From Wickerhamiella versatilis (lineage: Eukaryota): a stretch of 64,000 bases of DNA. The translations under genes were made by a program, and so were the position numbers. The stretch covers positions 1,674,001 to 1,738,000 of the forward strand of contig JAQOWU010000007.1 in NCBI GenBank assembly GCA_030867685.1. The letters are read 5' to 3'. This document shows positions 21,835-32,300 of the stretch, piece by piece (position 1 is the stretch's first letter; each line of letters begins with the position of its first letter). Below the pieces are notes generated by a model. It did no database searches, had not been told where the DNA came from, and saw only the letters and a list, made by a program, of their open reading frames with translations.

Positions 21835-24800
21835 TCAATCTAGCAGACCACCCTGCTTGCAAAGAGAATAAAATTGAGAGCCAGGGCGCGATTGCAGCTC
21901 CTTGGGGCTGGCGAACTCAGCTACTTCTCCATAGCTCAATACCAATATTCTGGAGGCGTCAAGTACCGTATTTAACCGGTGAGCAATGGTCAAAATTGTT
22001 CGGTCCTGGAATTGCTTGCGAATAACTTGTTGAACCAAAGCATCTGTTTGAACATCTACAGCCGCAGTTGCTTCATCCATTACCAAAACCCGAGTGTCCG
22101 TTAACAGGGCACGTGAAAGGCAGAGCAATTGACGCTGTCCTGCACTCAAATTTCCTCCACCTTCGGTTACAAGAGCATCAAGTTTTCCTTCCATGCTCTG
22201 GACATATTCCTTCATGTAAGCATGATCGAGCGAATCCCATAACTGTTCGTCAGTATAGGCATGTCCAGGGTCCAGATTATCACGGATACTCCCTTGGAAC
22301 AACTGAGGGTCCTGAGGGATAATACTCAAATGGGCCCGCAAATCTTCTAGTCCAATATCTGACGTTGATACCCCATCGATCTCGATATGTCCTGTCACGG
22401 GTTCAATGAGCCGGAACAGAGCCAAGGTCAGACTAGATTTTCCAGCGCCAGTCCGGCCAACAATGCCAATTTTTTCACCTGGCTTGATATCCAAATTGAT
22501 ATTTTTGAGTACCAAAGGCAATCCAGGGCGGTAGCGAGTCGAATAGTCGACAAACTTAACCTCTCCTTTGGTAGGCCAATGTTCAGGTGGGCGTACGTCA
22601 GTGATAGCAGGCCGCTCCGATTGTATTTTGGCGTATTGCATCATACGTTCGACGCTAACAATGTTAGTTTCAACCTCGACTGTCATCCGCACAATCCAGT
22701 TAAGTGACCCAGTAATCTGCAGGGCATACGACAGGGCCAAACCAATGAGGCCAGCACTAATCCGTCCACTTGGCAGAGCCAAAACTGCTAAACCAGATGC
22801 AGCTAGAATAATAACGGCACCAACAAACTCGAGCCTTACAGCAAGCCACCTATTAGCATTGATCGAGGGGAAATAAGCCTTGTTATTTCCATCAATGTAG
22901 GACTGATTGATATACATAAACCGCAAGGCGCGTCCAAATGCGCGGACGGTTGCAATTCCATCAAGTGTTTCATGAAACTGGGCAAAGATTGGACTCTTAG
23001 ATACGGAGTCTAATCGTTTGAGTTCTCGAGACGTTCGCAAATAGAAGCCTTGGTAGTACAGATATATCCAAGACAGGGGCAGAATAAAAAATATGAAAAT
23101 GGGCGTCGAGAAAGAAATAACTATTACAGTGTAGAGTACCCGTATAGAATTTGAAAACAACATGTTAAATACTCTCGATAACTGTTGGTCCACTCGATAA
23201 ACATCGCTGCTGAACCTATTAATGATCTGACCCAATGGTGTAGTTTCGAAGAAGGCCATAGGGGCTCTGATAACTGCTAAGAGCATTTTGTGATGTAGTA
23301 TCCTGGCCGCCCGTATACTAATACCAAGGTATATTACCAAGCTTTGAAGCACATGAAGTAAAGCACTAATTACACCCAGTGCAAAATATACAGAGAGATA
23401 TAAGACTGGTTTCTGAGTTTTTCCAATCTTATCATTCAATTCAGACCACTGTTTGAGCCATACATTGCTTATGACAGACAAACCAATACCGACAACAAGT
23501 ATCACCGTATATATAGCTACTAACCGCAAACTCGCGACACGTGCATACTCTGCATACACAGACCATGATACCTTTCCCTGCTCCACATGTTCCTTGTTTG
23601 CCTCAGCCAGTGCCACTGGTTTGAGGCTAGCCTCGGAAGGTCTTCTTGTTGAAGGACGTCTATTGCGCAATGTAAGAGGTTCCTCGTTTACAGTATCAGA
23701 GCTGGAAGCGCTCGAGTCACCCTCATTAGATCGTCCAAACTCTGCCAGTAACGTACCAATTAGCCCTGTACCAACACTCACTTGAGCCGCTGGGCCTTGT
23801 TCGACAATTTTTCCATCAGCTATCATGCTTATTTGATGTGCGCATCGTAGAACAGGAATGCTATTTGTCGCAAGAAGGACTGCCTTAGAGGCAAGGAGCC
23901 CATGATCACCCAAGACATTATCGATGATATGTCGCCCAACATGTTCGTCCACAGCACTCAAAGGATCATCTAGCAGGTAAACATCTGCATGGCAATAAAC
24001 CGCACGAGCAAGAGATAGACGAGCCTTTTGACCACCACTCAAAGAAATTCCTTTCTCTCCCACCATTGTCGCATCTCCATCAGGGAGAATAGCCAGGTCA
24101 TCTTTCAATGCACAAGCCCTTATTGCCTCTTGATACAAAGCATCGTCAAACTTACAGCCAAATAAAATATTTTCCCGAACAGAACCATTGAATATCCAGG
24201 CATCTTGAGCAACATACGCGACAGAACCACGTAAGATAGCATTTCCTTTAGTGCGAGGCAAATTACCCAAAATGCTTTCTAGAAGAGAAGATTTGCCTGA
24301 CCCTACTCGGCCAACCAAGCATGCAAGCTCTCCTTTATTTACCTTGAGAGAAATGTTTTCAAGAGCAACATTTGGAGGATCTTGCGACCACAAGAAAGTA
24401 GCATTATCCAGCTCTACAGCAGGCTCACCAACATTCTGGTTAGCTGGCAAACGCTCAACGTTATTTTTGTCTAGTTCTTCCGTCAGTAAAAAGTCCCTCA
24501 CCCGATTTGAAGCGACAGATGCTTCAATCAACGAAGTGATCAGCATCGGAAAAACCGCCATTGGAAAAGCCAACAAGCTGAACAATGAAATCGCTGGGAA
24601 AACAACTTCTGTAGTGAGGGGTTGTTTGTTGAAAAGAACATAGCACGCAAACGTGAGTGCGCTCACTATGAAAGGCGTGAATGACCAAATATATGACATT
24701 CCGGACTGAAATACACAGAGTTTTCGCAACGACTCGAGCTCTAAATTGTCACGTACATGCTCCAACCGCTTTACGAAAGGCTTCTCCCACGCATAGAACT

Positions 24801-26202
24801 TTATAGACTTGATAGCTCCCAAAAGTTCTGACGTTAACCTTGTCCGTTGATCCTTTTGGGTCATTTGATCCCGTTGAAGGCTTTTCAGTGATGATGATAG
24901 CCATGAGTTCACAGGAATCATGCATGCCAAAACGATAACACCAGCCCACATACTATTTCCCAGCAGTTTGTAGAGACTGATCAAACAAAGAATGATCTGA
25001 AAAGGCCCTGACCAAATAATGTTTCCATTGGGACAGACGTCTTGCAAACGCTGTGTATCAATAGACATAAGATTAACAGTATCACCTATGGTGCGCTTTC
25101 CTCTGGCCTCAGTAGAAAGAACTAGACTTTTTTCAAAAATAGCATTCGTGAGTGCTGACCTTACACGCATACCAGTACCAAAGGCTCGCTCAAAATACTG
25201 ATGAAGTGCCAGAGTTTGTATCGCAGCTACCAAAAACATCGCCAATGAGATGTATAGTCCTTGGGATAACGGTACGTCTTTTTCCTGTAGATACCTCTCA
25301 ACAAATCTTATAAGTAACCGCAACAATTGCGGCTGCGCAAAAGCCATGATATCTTGTATCATCTTGAAAGAGCCCCCCAAAAGATATCGTGCCCCAAAGG
25401 AACGAAACAGCGCTCGTGGTAACGAAGGATTGGGCCTTGTTATTTCATCTTGCCATTTCTGTTGGAAACGGTTCAAACACGCATCTGTATGGTCACTAGA
25501 TGGAAGCTCTGGGAGGTCTGTAGCGGAAAGAACGTGATCGTGACCACATTTCATGAGAGAGGTCATCCAGGTAAAAGTGAGTCGGCTCAGGATGTCAGCT
25601 CTATCGTAGGGGTTTAGATGACGTTTATCGACATAGCGAAGATAGAATCCTTCCGGGTATGGCCACCACTCAGCCAGGAGACCTGCTAGTTGTACTAGAG
25701 TCCACCAGGTATTTCCAGTAAAAGCCGTGGCAAACAGACTTGCACACCAGAACACGAGCAGCGATCCAGCGGATTTAGTTGTGACGCGTCTTTCAACAAG
25801 AGTCAGAGCAGCAACATCAAACAAGCTAACGATTGCTGCAAAAGCACTTATGACCCCTATGTCAATGCCAAATGCATGATAACTACGATAACCCATCTGT
25901 GCCCACCCAATGGCACTAGCTATAATAGCAACAAGGGATATAGCAGCCCTGTAGCCTGTCTTAGCACCTAATTGTTTCCTTTTGGAATAGCTATAAAGCT
26001 GGAATGAAACTGCAACTAAAGCAATAACGGAAGGCAAGCCAAGTACGTAGCCCTGCAGAAAGCAGCGTCCAAGGCTGCCACCAACCAGCGGGTTCCAGCC
26101 AGCTTCATCAGCACAGAAGCCATGAGATGGAATTTCTGGCAGCCACAAATCGTGAGTAGGATACGTTCCCACCGCCAATGGAGATAACTCCCAGGCTTCC
26201 AT
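21835..26202 (-). CDS. YCF1: ABCC/MRP vacuolar glutathione-conjugate transporter
   Basis: Two NBDs (GRVGSGKSS, SLSGGQKAR; GRTGAGKSS, NLSAGQRQL), NPYDRADILSRLTFTWM, SRELKRLDSV, ANRWLAVRLE. Start set at ATG 26202. Confidence 0.92.
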   Translation of the reverse strand: MEAWELSPLAVGTYPTHDLWLPEIPSHGFCADEAGWNPLVGGSLGRCFLQGYVLGLPSVIALVAVSFQLYSYSKRKQLGAKTGYRAAISLVAIIASAIGWAQMGYRSYHAFGIDIGVISAFAAIVSLFDVAALTLVERRVTTKSAGSLLVFWCASLFATAFTGNTWWTLVQLAGLLAEWWPYPEGFYLRYVDKRHLNPYDRADILSRLTFTWMTSLMKCGHDHVLSATDLPELPSSDHTDACLNRFQQKWQDEITRPNPSLPRALFRSFGARYLLGGSFKMIQDIMAFAQPQLLRLLIRFVERYLQEKDVPLSQGLYISLAMFLVAAIQTLALHQYFERAFGTGMRVRSALTNAIFEKSLVLSTEARGKRTIGDTVNLMSIDTQRLQDVCPNGNIIWSGPFQIILCLISLYKLLGNSMWAGVIVLACMIPVNSWLSSSLKSLQRDQMTQKDQRTRLTSELLGAIKSIKFYAWEKPFVKRLEHVRDNLELESLRKLCVFQSGMSYIWSFTPFIVSALTFACYVLFNKQPLTTEVVFPAISLFSLLAFPMAVFPMLITSLIEASVASNRVRDFLLTEELDKNNVERLPANQNVGEPAVELDNATFLWSQDPPNVALENISLKVNKGELACLVGRVGSGKSSLLESILGNLPRTKGNAILRGSVAYVAQDAWIFNGSVRENILFGCKFDDALYQEAIRACALKDDLAILPDGDATMVGEKGISLSGGQKARLSLARAVYCHADVYLLDDPLSAVDEHVGRHIIDNVLGDHGLLASKAVLLATNSIPVLRCAHQISMIADGKIVEQGPAAQVSVGTGLIGTLLAEFGRSNEGDSSASSSDTVNEEPLTLRNRRPSTRRPSEASLKPVALAEANKEHVEQGKVSWSVYAEYARVASLRLVAIYTVILVVGIGLSVISNVWLKQWSELNDKIGKTQKPVLYLSVYFALGVISALLHVLQSLVIYLGISIRAARILHHKMLLAVIRAPMAFFETTPLGQIINRFSSDVYRVDQQLSRVFNMLFSNSIRVLYTVIVISFSTPIFIFFILPLSWIYLYYQGFYLRTSRELKRLDSVSKSPIFAQFHETLDGIATVRAFGRALRFMYINQSYIDGNNKAYFPSINANRWLAVRLEFVGAVIILAASGLAVLALPSGRISAGLIGLALSYALQITGSLNWIVRMTVEVETNIVSVERMMQYAKIQSERPAITDVRPPEHWPTKGEVKFVDYSTRYRPGLPLVLKNINLDIKPGEKIGIVGRTGAGKSSLTLALFRLIEPVTGHIEIDGVSTSDIGLEDLRAHLSIIPQDPQLFQGSIRDNLDPGHAYTDEQLWDSLDHAYMKEYVQSMEGKLDALVTEGGGNLSAGQRQLLCLSRALLTDTRVLVMDEATAAVDVQTDALVQQVIRKQFQDRTILTIAHRLNTVLDASRILVLSYGEVAEFASPKELQSRPGSQFYSLCKQGGLLD

Positions 26203-26222
26203 CCTTTTCAAGCAAAAGTGGA

Positions 26223-26229
26223 TTAGTAA
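26223..26229. promoter_or_regulatory. Yap1-type response element TTAGTAA upstream of YCF1 (variant TGAGTAA also at 26418-26424)
   Basis: Exact YRE 20 bp from the ATG. YCF1 is an established Yap1 target in S. cerevisiae, but the same motif class recurs at unrelated genes here. Confidence 0.5.
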
Positions 26230-26750
26230 GTCAGCTTGACGACTAGTGTGAGACAAGTGGGAGCGAGACAGTAAAACTTAAATACAACTATTTCAGGCTC
26301 TACTATACATCCACTGTAAGTTTCTAAGCCTCTAAATTTGAACTAATTTTCACGTAAATAACCAGGTTGTCAAAAAATTGCTGGCGGCGTATTCTTCGAC
26401 AGGGTAACACACACGGGTGAGTAATATACCAGTCTCGTTATCTTTAGGAAGTTTTTCTATACACTCCTAAGCTCACAAAAGATGAGAACCAGAAGTTCAT
26501 TGGAGACTCGGTTCTCAATTAAATAACGATAGCTAGCTGAGAAGATTTCTATTAGGTCATAGCCTCTAAGATCTGAATCATGAAGACAAATTAAATGTCA
26601 TAAATTTCTTGAGCTGATGGTACAGTTACAGTGATAATTCCAGAACATATTGTCTCGAAATTTAGTAGCAAGTTCACAAGACAGGTACAAATTCCTCGCT
26701 CGCAAGTTGCCAATCTATAACAAATAGCGCTTGGATCCAAAGGTACACCA

Positions 26751-27172
26751 CAGGCAATCGATTGGCTAGTAGCTTGGAGTGGACAATCCACCCTGTTTGC
26801 TTGGGACTCATGTGGTGCAAATCTAATCCGAATGAGAATGGCTACGCGAAAACAAGGTCGTACACTAGACACTCTCGCACATGGATTCCTCTCGGAACCC
26901 CTGGTGCTGCATTATGTATTGTAGCAAACCTGGCCGTGGTGGGTCTCCAATTCTGGATGACTTGCATATGGTTTGAGAACTACCTCGCAACTCTTGTTGG
27001 CATCTCTTGCTGGGTCATGTATAAGGCATCGTACCGGAAGTGGCCACCCAAACTTGGTGAGATCGACCTCGACAATTTATTATATACAAAGCCTTATGGC
27101 GAACACAAAATTCGGGGGCTGAACAATGCTTTCCTGAGATACCTTAAACGTACATTTTATTATTGGCGCTAG
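26751..27172 (+). pseudogene. Frameshifted 3' relic of a paralogue of the downstream amino-acid permease
   Basis: QAIDWLVAWSGQSTLFAWDSCGANLIRMRMATRKQGRTLDTL aligns to EAFDWLLAISSQSTLFAWGSAGLNMIRMRMAMRAQGHSLDIL. After a 1-nt frameshift near 26885, PLGTPGAALC...PPKLGEIDL...KRTFYYWR continues the alignment. Confidence 0.9.
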
Positions 27173-27261
27173 ATATCCGGGAATTATTAAAATAATGATT
27201 CTAGATCGGGACAGATAGAGGCAAAATACATACGATCTTATTATAAAATAGCGCATGTCAA

Positions 27262-27351
27262 GATAACCTCGCGATCCTCTGATTCGCCGCGCATGATGTC
27301 ACTAACTAATCTGCAAAAAAAAGCTTAGTAAATTCTTCCCTTTCTGATAAG
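27262..27351 (+). promoter_or_regulatory. GATA (nitrogen catabolite repression-type) sites upstream of the permease
   Basis: GATAA at 27262-27266 and GATAAG at 27346-27351; short words, supported mainly by context. Confidence 0.35.
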
Positions 27352-27419
27352 TGTATGATGTGTCATAGTATTCAACATTTTTACCCAGTGAGCTCTTTGT
27401 CGGATCTTTGCAAGGATAA

Positions 27420-29333
27420 ATGCAGCCTGACGTGGAAAAGGAACCAGGGCTTAAATCTGCGGAGGATTCTTCTAGCGTGAGGTCTTTCGGTCATGCTCAT
27501 TATGAAGAACCTGGAAATGCCTGGCAACGCTTCAAGGATAGCTTTAAGCCAGCCGAACCGGTAGAGTTTGACACTACTGGTATGACAGAAGAGGAAATAA
27601 AGAACACGAAAGCTGATGTTCCTATGAAGCGTACGCTAAAGAACAGGCATATTCAACTTATCGCTCTAGGTGGAAGTATCGGCAGTGGTCTTTTCTTAAC
27701 AACAGCACAATCATTAAGTGATGCAGGGCCTGCAGGTGTTCTAATTGCTTTCGGTATTATTGGTGTACTCATCCTGTACCCAATGATGTGCTGTCTTGGT
27801 GAAGTTGCGGTGGCTTACCCGATTCAGGGTAGTTTCACGGTTCATAGTACAAGATTTGTCGACGATAGTTGGGGTTTTGCTATGTCGTTTAATTATATGC
27901 TTCAGTGGATTGTAACTTATCCACTCGAGTTAATTGCCGCTGCAATGGTTATTGGTTACTGGGAAGGTGACAATAATGGCGCCGTTGATTTTAAAAACCG
28001 AGACGGCTGGGTAGCGCTTTTCTATACTGTTTTCACTATGGTGGGCTTTTTCGGTGCCCGAGGGTATGGTGAGGTTGAAGCAGCATTGTCTATCATCAAG
28101 ATCATTACTATAGTTGGGTTTTGCATATTCGGTATTTGGGCAGCATGCGACCCCAAGCCACCTTCTGCTATTGAATATGGTCCCGGGGTAATTATGCCAG
28201 TTTTTGGTAGTGACGTGAAGTATGCTAATGCCACTTATGGCACCGGGAACCATTTCAACACTCAATTCTATCATGTGCCTGGGGCCTTCAGTCAGGATAC
28301 AAATCCTGTCAAAGGCATTTGTTCGGTGTTCGTGAGTTCCGTATTCGCATTCAGTGGTACTGAAATGGCAGCTCTGGCATCTGCTGAGACGGCGAGTCCC
28401 TCGCGTACTCTTCCCAAGGCAGTCCGTCAGGTTTTCTGGCGTGTCATCCTTTTCTACATAGTATCGCTCTTGATTGCGTTTTTCGTAGTAAGGAGTGATG
28501 ACTGCAGCTTAACCAGTAGTTGCCCGACAGACTGTAGGTTGGCTGCTTCTACTTGTGGTGTAGACAATAACGGCGGTCAGTCCGCTGCCGGAAATGATGG
28601 TCGCTCCTCTCTTTTCGTCTTGGCTATCAGATATGCTGGTGTAAGCGGACTTCCGAGTGTCATGAATGTTGTGATTTTATTTGCATCGCTCTCTGTAGCA
28701 AACACATCAGTTTATGCCTGTTCGCGAACACTTGCCGCCATGGCAAACGAGGGACAGCTTCCTAGGATCCTGGGCTATATCGACCGTGCCGGCCGTCCCC
28801 TGGTAGCCCTAGGTTTGACTTGCGCGGTTGGTCTCATAGCATTCTCAGCGGCTTCTCCAAAATATGGTGAGGCATTTGATTGGTTGCTGGCCATTAGTAG
28901 TCAGTCTACCTTGTTTGCTTGGGGCTCTGCAGGTCTTAATATGATCCGAATGCGTATGGCAATGCGTGCACAAGGTCATTCATTGGATATCCTTACATAC
29001 AAATCACCTTTAGGCATGCCTGGTGCAGTGCTATGTGTGTTTGGAAACCTTGCTGTGTTGGGTGTTCAATTCTGGGTCGGGCTCTTCCCAATCGGTGCTA
29101 GCAAACCTGACGGTTTAGGCTGGTTCGAAACATATTTGGCAACATGTGTTGTTATTGTCTGCTTCATAGGCCACAAACTATGGTACCGGAATATGCCGCC
29201 GAAACTCAAGAATATTGACTTAGCCTCAGGATCGAGAACGAAGAATAACTTTGAAGAGGAAGGCCCCGAGATAGTTGAGCCGAGCAATCCTTTCGCAAAA
29301 TATGCGAAGCGGACCTTTAATTATTGGTGTTAA
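27420..29333 (+). CDS. Yeast amino-acid transporter (YAT/APC family), Gap1-like
   Basis: LKNRHIQLIALGGSIGSGLF, GARGYGEVE, FAFSGTE, QVFWR, IDRAGRPL, C-terminal NYWC palmitoylation-type end. Confidence 0.93.
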   Translation: MQPDVEKEPGLKSAEDSSSVRSFGHAHYEEPGNAWQRFKDSFKPAEPVEFDTTGMTEEEIKNTKADVPMKRTLKNRHIQLIALGGSIGSGLFLTTAQSLSDAGPAGVLIAFGIIGVLILYPMMCCLGEVAVAYPIQGSFTVHSTRFVDDSWGFAMSFNYMLQWIVTYPLELIAAAMVIGYWEGDNNGAVDFKNRDGWVALFYTVFTMVGFFGARGYGEVEAALSIIKIITIVGFCIFGIWAACDPKPPSAIEYGPGVIMPVFGSDVKYANATYGTGNHFNTQFYHVPGAFSQDTNPVKGICSVFVSSVFAFSGTEMAALASAETASPSRTLPKAVRQVFWRVILFYIVSLLIAFFVVRSDDCSLTSSCPTDCRLAASTCGVDNNGGQSAAGNDGRSSLFVLAIRYAGVSGLPSVMNVVILFASLSVANTSVYACSRTLAAMANEGQLPRILGYIDRAGRPLVALGLTCAVGLIAFSAASPKYGEAFDWLLAISSQSTLFAWGSAGLNMIRMRMAMRAQGHSLDILTYKSPLGMPGAVLCVFGNLAVLGVQFWVGLFPIGASKPDGLGWFETYLATCVVIVCFIGHKLWYRNMPPKLKNIDLASGSRTKNNFEEEGPEIVEPSNPFAKYAKRTFNYWC

Positions 29334-29495
29334 ATATATGATGGACTTAATGGGGAAAGCTTTTCCCAAAATAATAGTACTTAAAATTCGAATTAATAAA
29401 ACTTTTGGCAATAATTTGGTCTGTAAAATAAACTCTAAAGTGAAACAATAACCGGAACTGGTGGAAAAATTAAAAACTGGAAAACAAAAAAATAC

Positions 29496-29567
29496 TAGCA
29501 TCGCCTCGTTTCGATCGAGGGACCTCAGGGTTATGAGCCCCGCGCGCTTCCGCTGCGCCACGATGCT
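29496..29567 (-). tRNA. Initiator tRNA-Met (CAU)
   Basis: AGCATCG TG GCGC AGCGGAA GCGC G CGGGG CTCATAA CCCTG AGGTC CCTCG ATCGAAA CGAGG CGATGCT A: A1-U72, three G-C anticodon-stem pairs, A54/A60 T-loop; T-run terminator follows. Confidence 0.98.
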
Positions 29568-29931
29568 GGTTATTTCTATAGTTAAGTGAAGAAACTTATT
29601 AGTACTGTAAAATGAAATCCCATTCTTTGTACTTTGCGAACTTCGATCGAAATTAACCACCAAAACCTGAGAATATGGAAGCTTGCCTTTGGTGTATTGC
29701 CCGCAGGCACGTGATTACATTCGCTAGTAATGCTTTTGATCACTACCCCCAGAGACAACTATCTATTGGCCATTACCGTATTCTGAATCGATAAAACCGG
29801 AGCCTGACTCTGATACATGTAATATTTTTTCATGCAAGCTTCATTGATACGTCCTTTATACTTCTGATCGTCACATAATAACCTCCCAAGACGCGGACGA
29901 CAATAAATAAGCATACCTGAAAGAAGTCATC

Positions 29932-32121
29932 ATGGCGAAGAAGCGCGGTTCGCGTGGTAACCGTGGAAATCGTGGTGGCGGCAACAGGGGAAACAAGGGA
30001 AGCATGGCAGATAAAATCTCGGAAATGGAAGAGCGGCTAAGACAGGAACAGCCAAGCGAGACAAATACCAGCAGCGCCGAGGTCGAAGGGACGAGTAATC
30101 CCGCGCAAAGCGGGATTAACGATGAATCATTGCCACTTCCTATCCCGCCTAAAGCACCAGAGAGAGGACTGACCAATTCAGAAAGATATGAATTTGCTCA
30201 GCGGACCCCTATAGAACGCGGGCGCGCGAAGCCGGTGATGATTGGAAATGACGAGGCTGAAGAGGATGGTGAACCAGATGCTGAGGTGTGTGTTGCTACC
30301 GCCTCACCAGTCATTGTTCATGCTGTCCCAAAATCCACCTCAATTGAGAGTGGCAGCCATGAGGATGAGTTTCTCCTCGAGAAGGAGGGAAATGTGAAAG
30401 CGGCAGAAGGAGTGGGACTGGGTACTATTAACAGTGGTTTACCTGACAATGATGAGTCGTCCAGCCAGCAGTACGAAGAAATACCTGCAGTCCCCGACAA
30501 TCACCCCACGGCTGAGGAATACTTGGATAAGGGTGAAGCCACTGGGGAAGAGTCACAACCTAAAGATCAAGAACAGGAATATGAGGGCTCACTCAGTGAA
30601 AGCAATGGTTTTTCACAGCTCTCACCTGTGGTGGATACCGCTAAGAATGTCAGCACCGGTACTAATACCGGTACTACCACCCCTGCGGAGTCCTGGCAGG
30701 ATGTGCCCTCCCCTGCGAAATTAGACGAGACTCCCAGGGAAAAAACTGCCCCAGTATCCAGTGAAGTGATAGGTGTATGCGTGGTTGGATTTCATCCGAC
30801 ACGGGGACCGGAAGTGGAGTATTGGGCAGGGCCGCGAAATATGTCAGATGTCTGGCCTTACCTACCTTTCCAAAGTCTCCCAGATGGAAGCCATCAGTTT
30901 GAAGAAAGCCTCTGCTATTTTACTTTACTTTATGATGAGAAAAAAGGAACCGCGCCCAGCCTCGTATTCCAGCGCGATGAGGAAGGACACATAGCTGACC
31001 CAGCGGCCTACCGAAATGTTAGGACGCTATTCGCAGCATCCTGCTGTCGACGTGAAAGTTCTTCTGATGAGGCTCGGGGCGTGGTTCAAAAGGCAGTTGT
31101 AGTCATTGCAAAAAGACCACTGTTGGGTCCCGTCAAGGAGAAATTAACAGTGGTTACACGGTCATACTTTGCTCAAAGTAACTTTGAAGATCGAAGCATT
31201 ATAGATGGATTATACTTGAATTTACAGCAACAACCATTCGAGCCTGATGTGACCCCCTTTATGAGAAATCTGATCCACAGATTCAAAGAGAACGCACTAG
31301 TTCTTTTCAAAGCTATGCTGGGTGAGGCTAAGATTCTTTTCTACTCTGAGGACTCCGAGCGACTGTGCATGACCCAATTTTCGCTTGTAGCCCTCATACC
31401 AGGACTCTTGAATCATCTTGAAGACTGTGGTAGCCCATTGCTTAGCACTTATGAAACGCAATTGTCAAAGCCTACCCTTTTGAAGACCAGTGACCGCGAC
31501 AACCTATTAAGATTTGTTGGCCTGCCATTACAGCTGTTTGGCGGCGGTGGTCTGTTCAGTCCATTTGTCCCTCTGCAGCAGCTATCAGACTTACGTGAAC
31601 GAGAATCTGCATTTGGCCTTGTTGGGACTACTAACCATGTCTTTTTAGAATCAACAGACCAATTTGACATAGTAGTGAACATCGACAAGAGTAAGATTGA
31701 GCGCGTAGCTCCAGAACTGACTTCCGCACTGCAGCTATCTAGCCCAGATCGTAGATTTATACAGGCGATCAACAAAACGGTTGATCGTTCTTGGACTGAT
31801 GAAGAGAGTGAGCGCTGGTTCCCTTCGAACCTGGGATACGAAGGTTCTGACGACTATATCCGCCGTGAGTTCGAGAATTATCTCACAGGCCTGCTTTCTT
31901 CAGCCAAGTACGACCAGCACATTAACAGCGGTAGACCAAAACGGCAAAATGTACCCAACAGGCCCCTGGAGGAATATGGTGGGGCATTTGCAGAAAGGTG
32001 GTGCCGAACAAACAACTTTCGCATATTTAACAAGTTTACCGATGATGAACTCTTTGACGTGATATCGCCCGAGCATCCGGGAATGAAACTGGGTCGGAAA
32101 TTTTTATTCTGGCAGAAATAG
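29932..32121 (+). CDS. AVL9: Late secretory pathway protein Avl9 (DENN-like)
   Basis: VCVVGFHPTRGPEVEY, WPYLPFQSLPDGSH, VVQKAVVVIA, GLPLQLFG.G.LFSP.VPLQQL, YEGSDDYIRREFE.YL. Confidence 0.93.
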   Translation: MAKKRGSRGNRGNRGGGNRGNKGSMADKISEMEERLRQEQPSETNTSSAEVEGTSNPAQSGINDESLPLPIPPKAPERGLTNSERYEFAQRTPIERGRAKPVMIGNDEAEEDGEPDAEVCVATASPVIVHAVPKSTSIESGSHEDEFLLEKEGNVKAAEGVGLGTINSGLPDNDESSSQQYEEIPAVPDNHPTAEEYLDKGEATGEESQPKDQEQEYEGSLSESNGFSQLSPVVDTAKNVSTGTNTGTTTPAESWQDVPSPAKLDETPREKTAPVSSEVIGVCVVGFHPTRGPEVEYWAGPRNMSDVWPYLPFQSLPDGSHQFEESLCYFTLLYDEKKGTAPSLVFQRDEEGHIADPAAYRNVRTLFAASCCRRESSSDEARGVVQKAVVVIAKRPLLGPVKEKLTVVTRSYFAQSNFEDRSIIDGLYLNLQQQPFEPDVTPFMRNLIHRFKENALVLFKAMLGEAKILFYSEDSERLCMTQFSLVALIPGLLNHLEDCGSPLLSTYETQLSKPTLLKTSDRDNLLRFVGLPLQLFGGGGLFSPFVPLQQLSDLRERESAFGLVGTTNHVFLESTDQFDIVVNIDKSKIERVAPELTSALQLSSPDRRFIQAINKTVDRSWTDEESERWFPSNLGYEGSDDYIRREFENYLTGLLSSAKYDQHINSGRPKRQNVPNRPLEEYGGAFAERWCRTNNFRIFNKFTDDELFDVISPEHPGMKLGRKFLFWQK

Positions 32122-32300
32122 ATGATGTGCATCATGCCAGACAAGTATTTTAATAGATGTAAATAGAAAATAGAAAACAGGGTTAGAATAACCCAGTTCA
32201 GCCTTTGTACATTTTTTTCAACAACCTAGGATGGATATTAATCTATCTACAAAGACAAATATACAAAAATAAATAACATTGAATGAAGTAAGAAGCCTGT

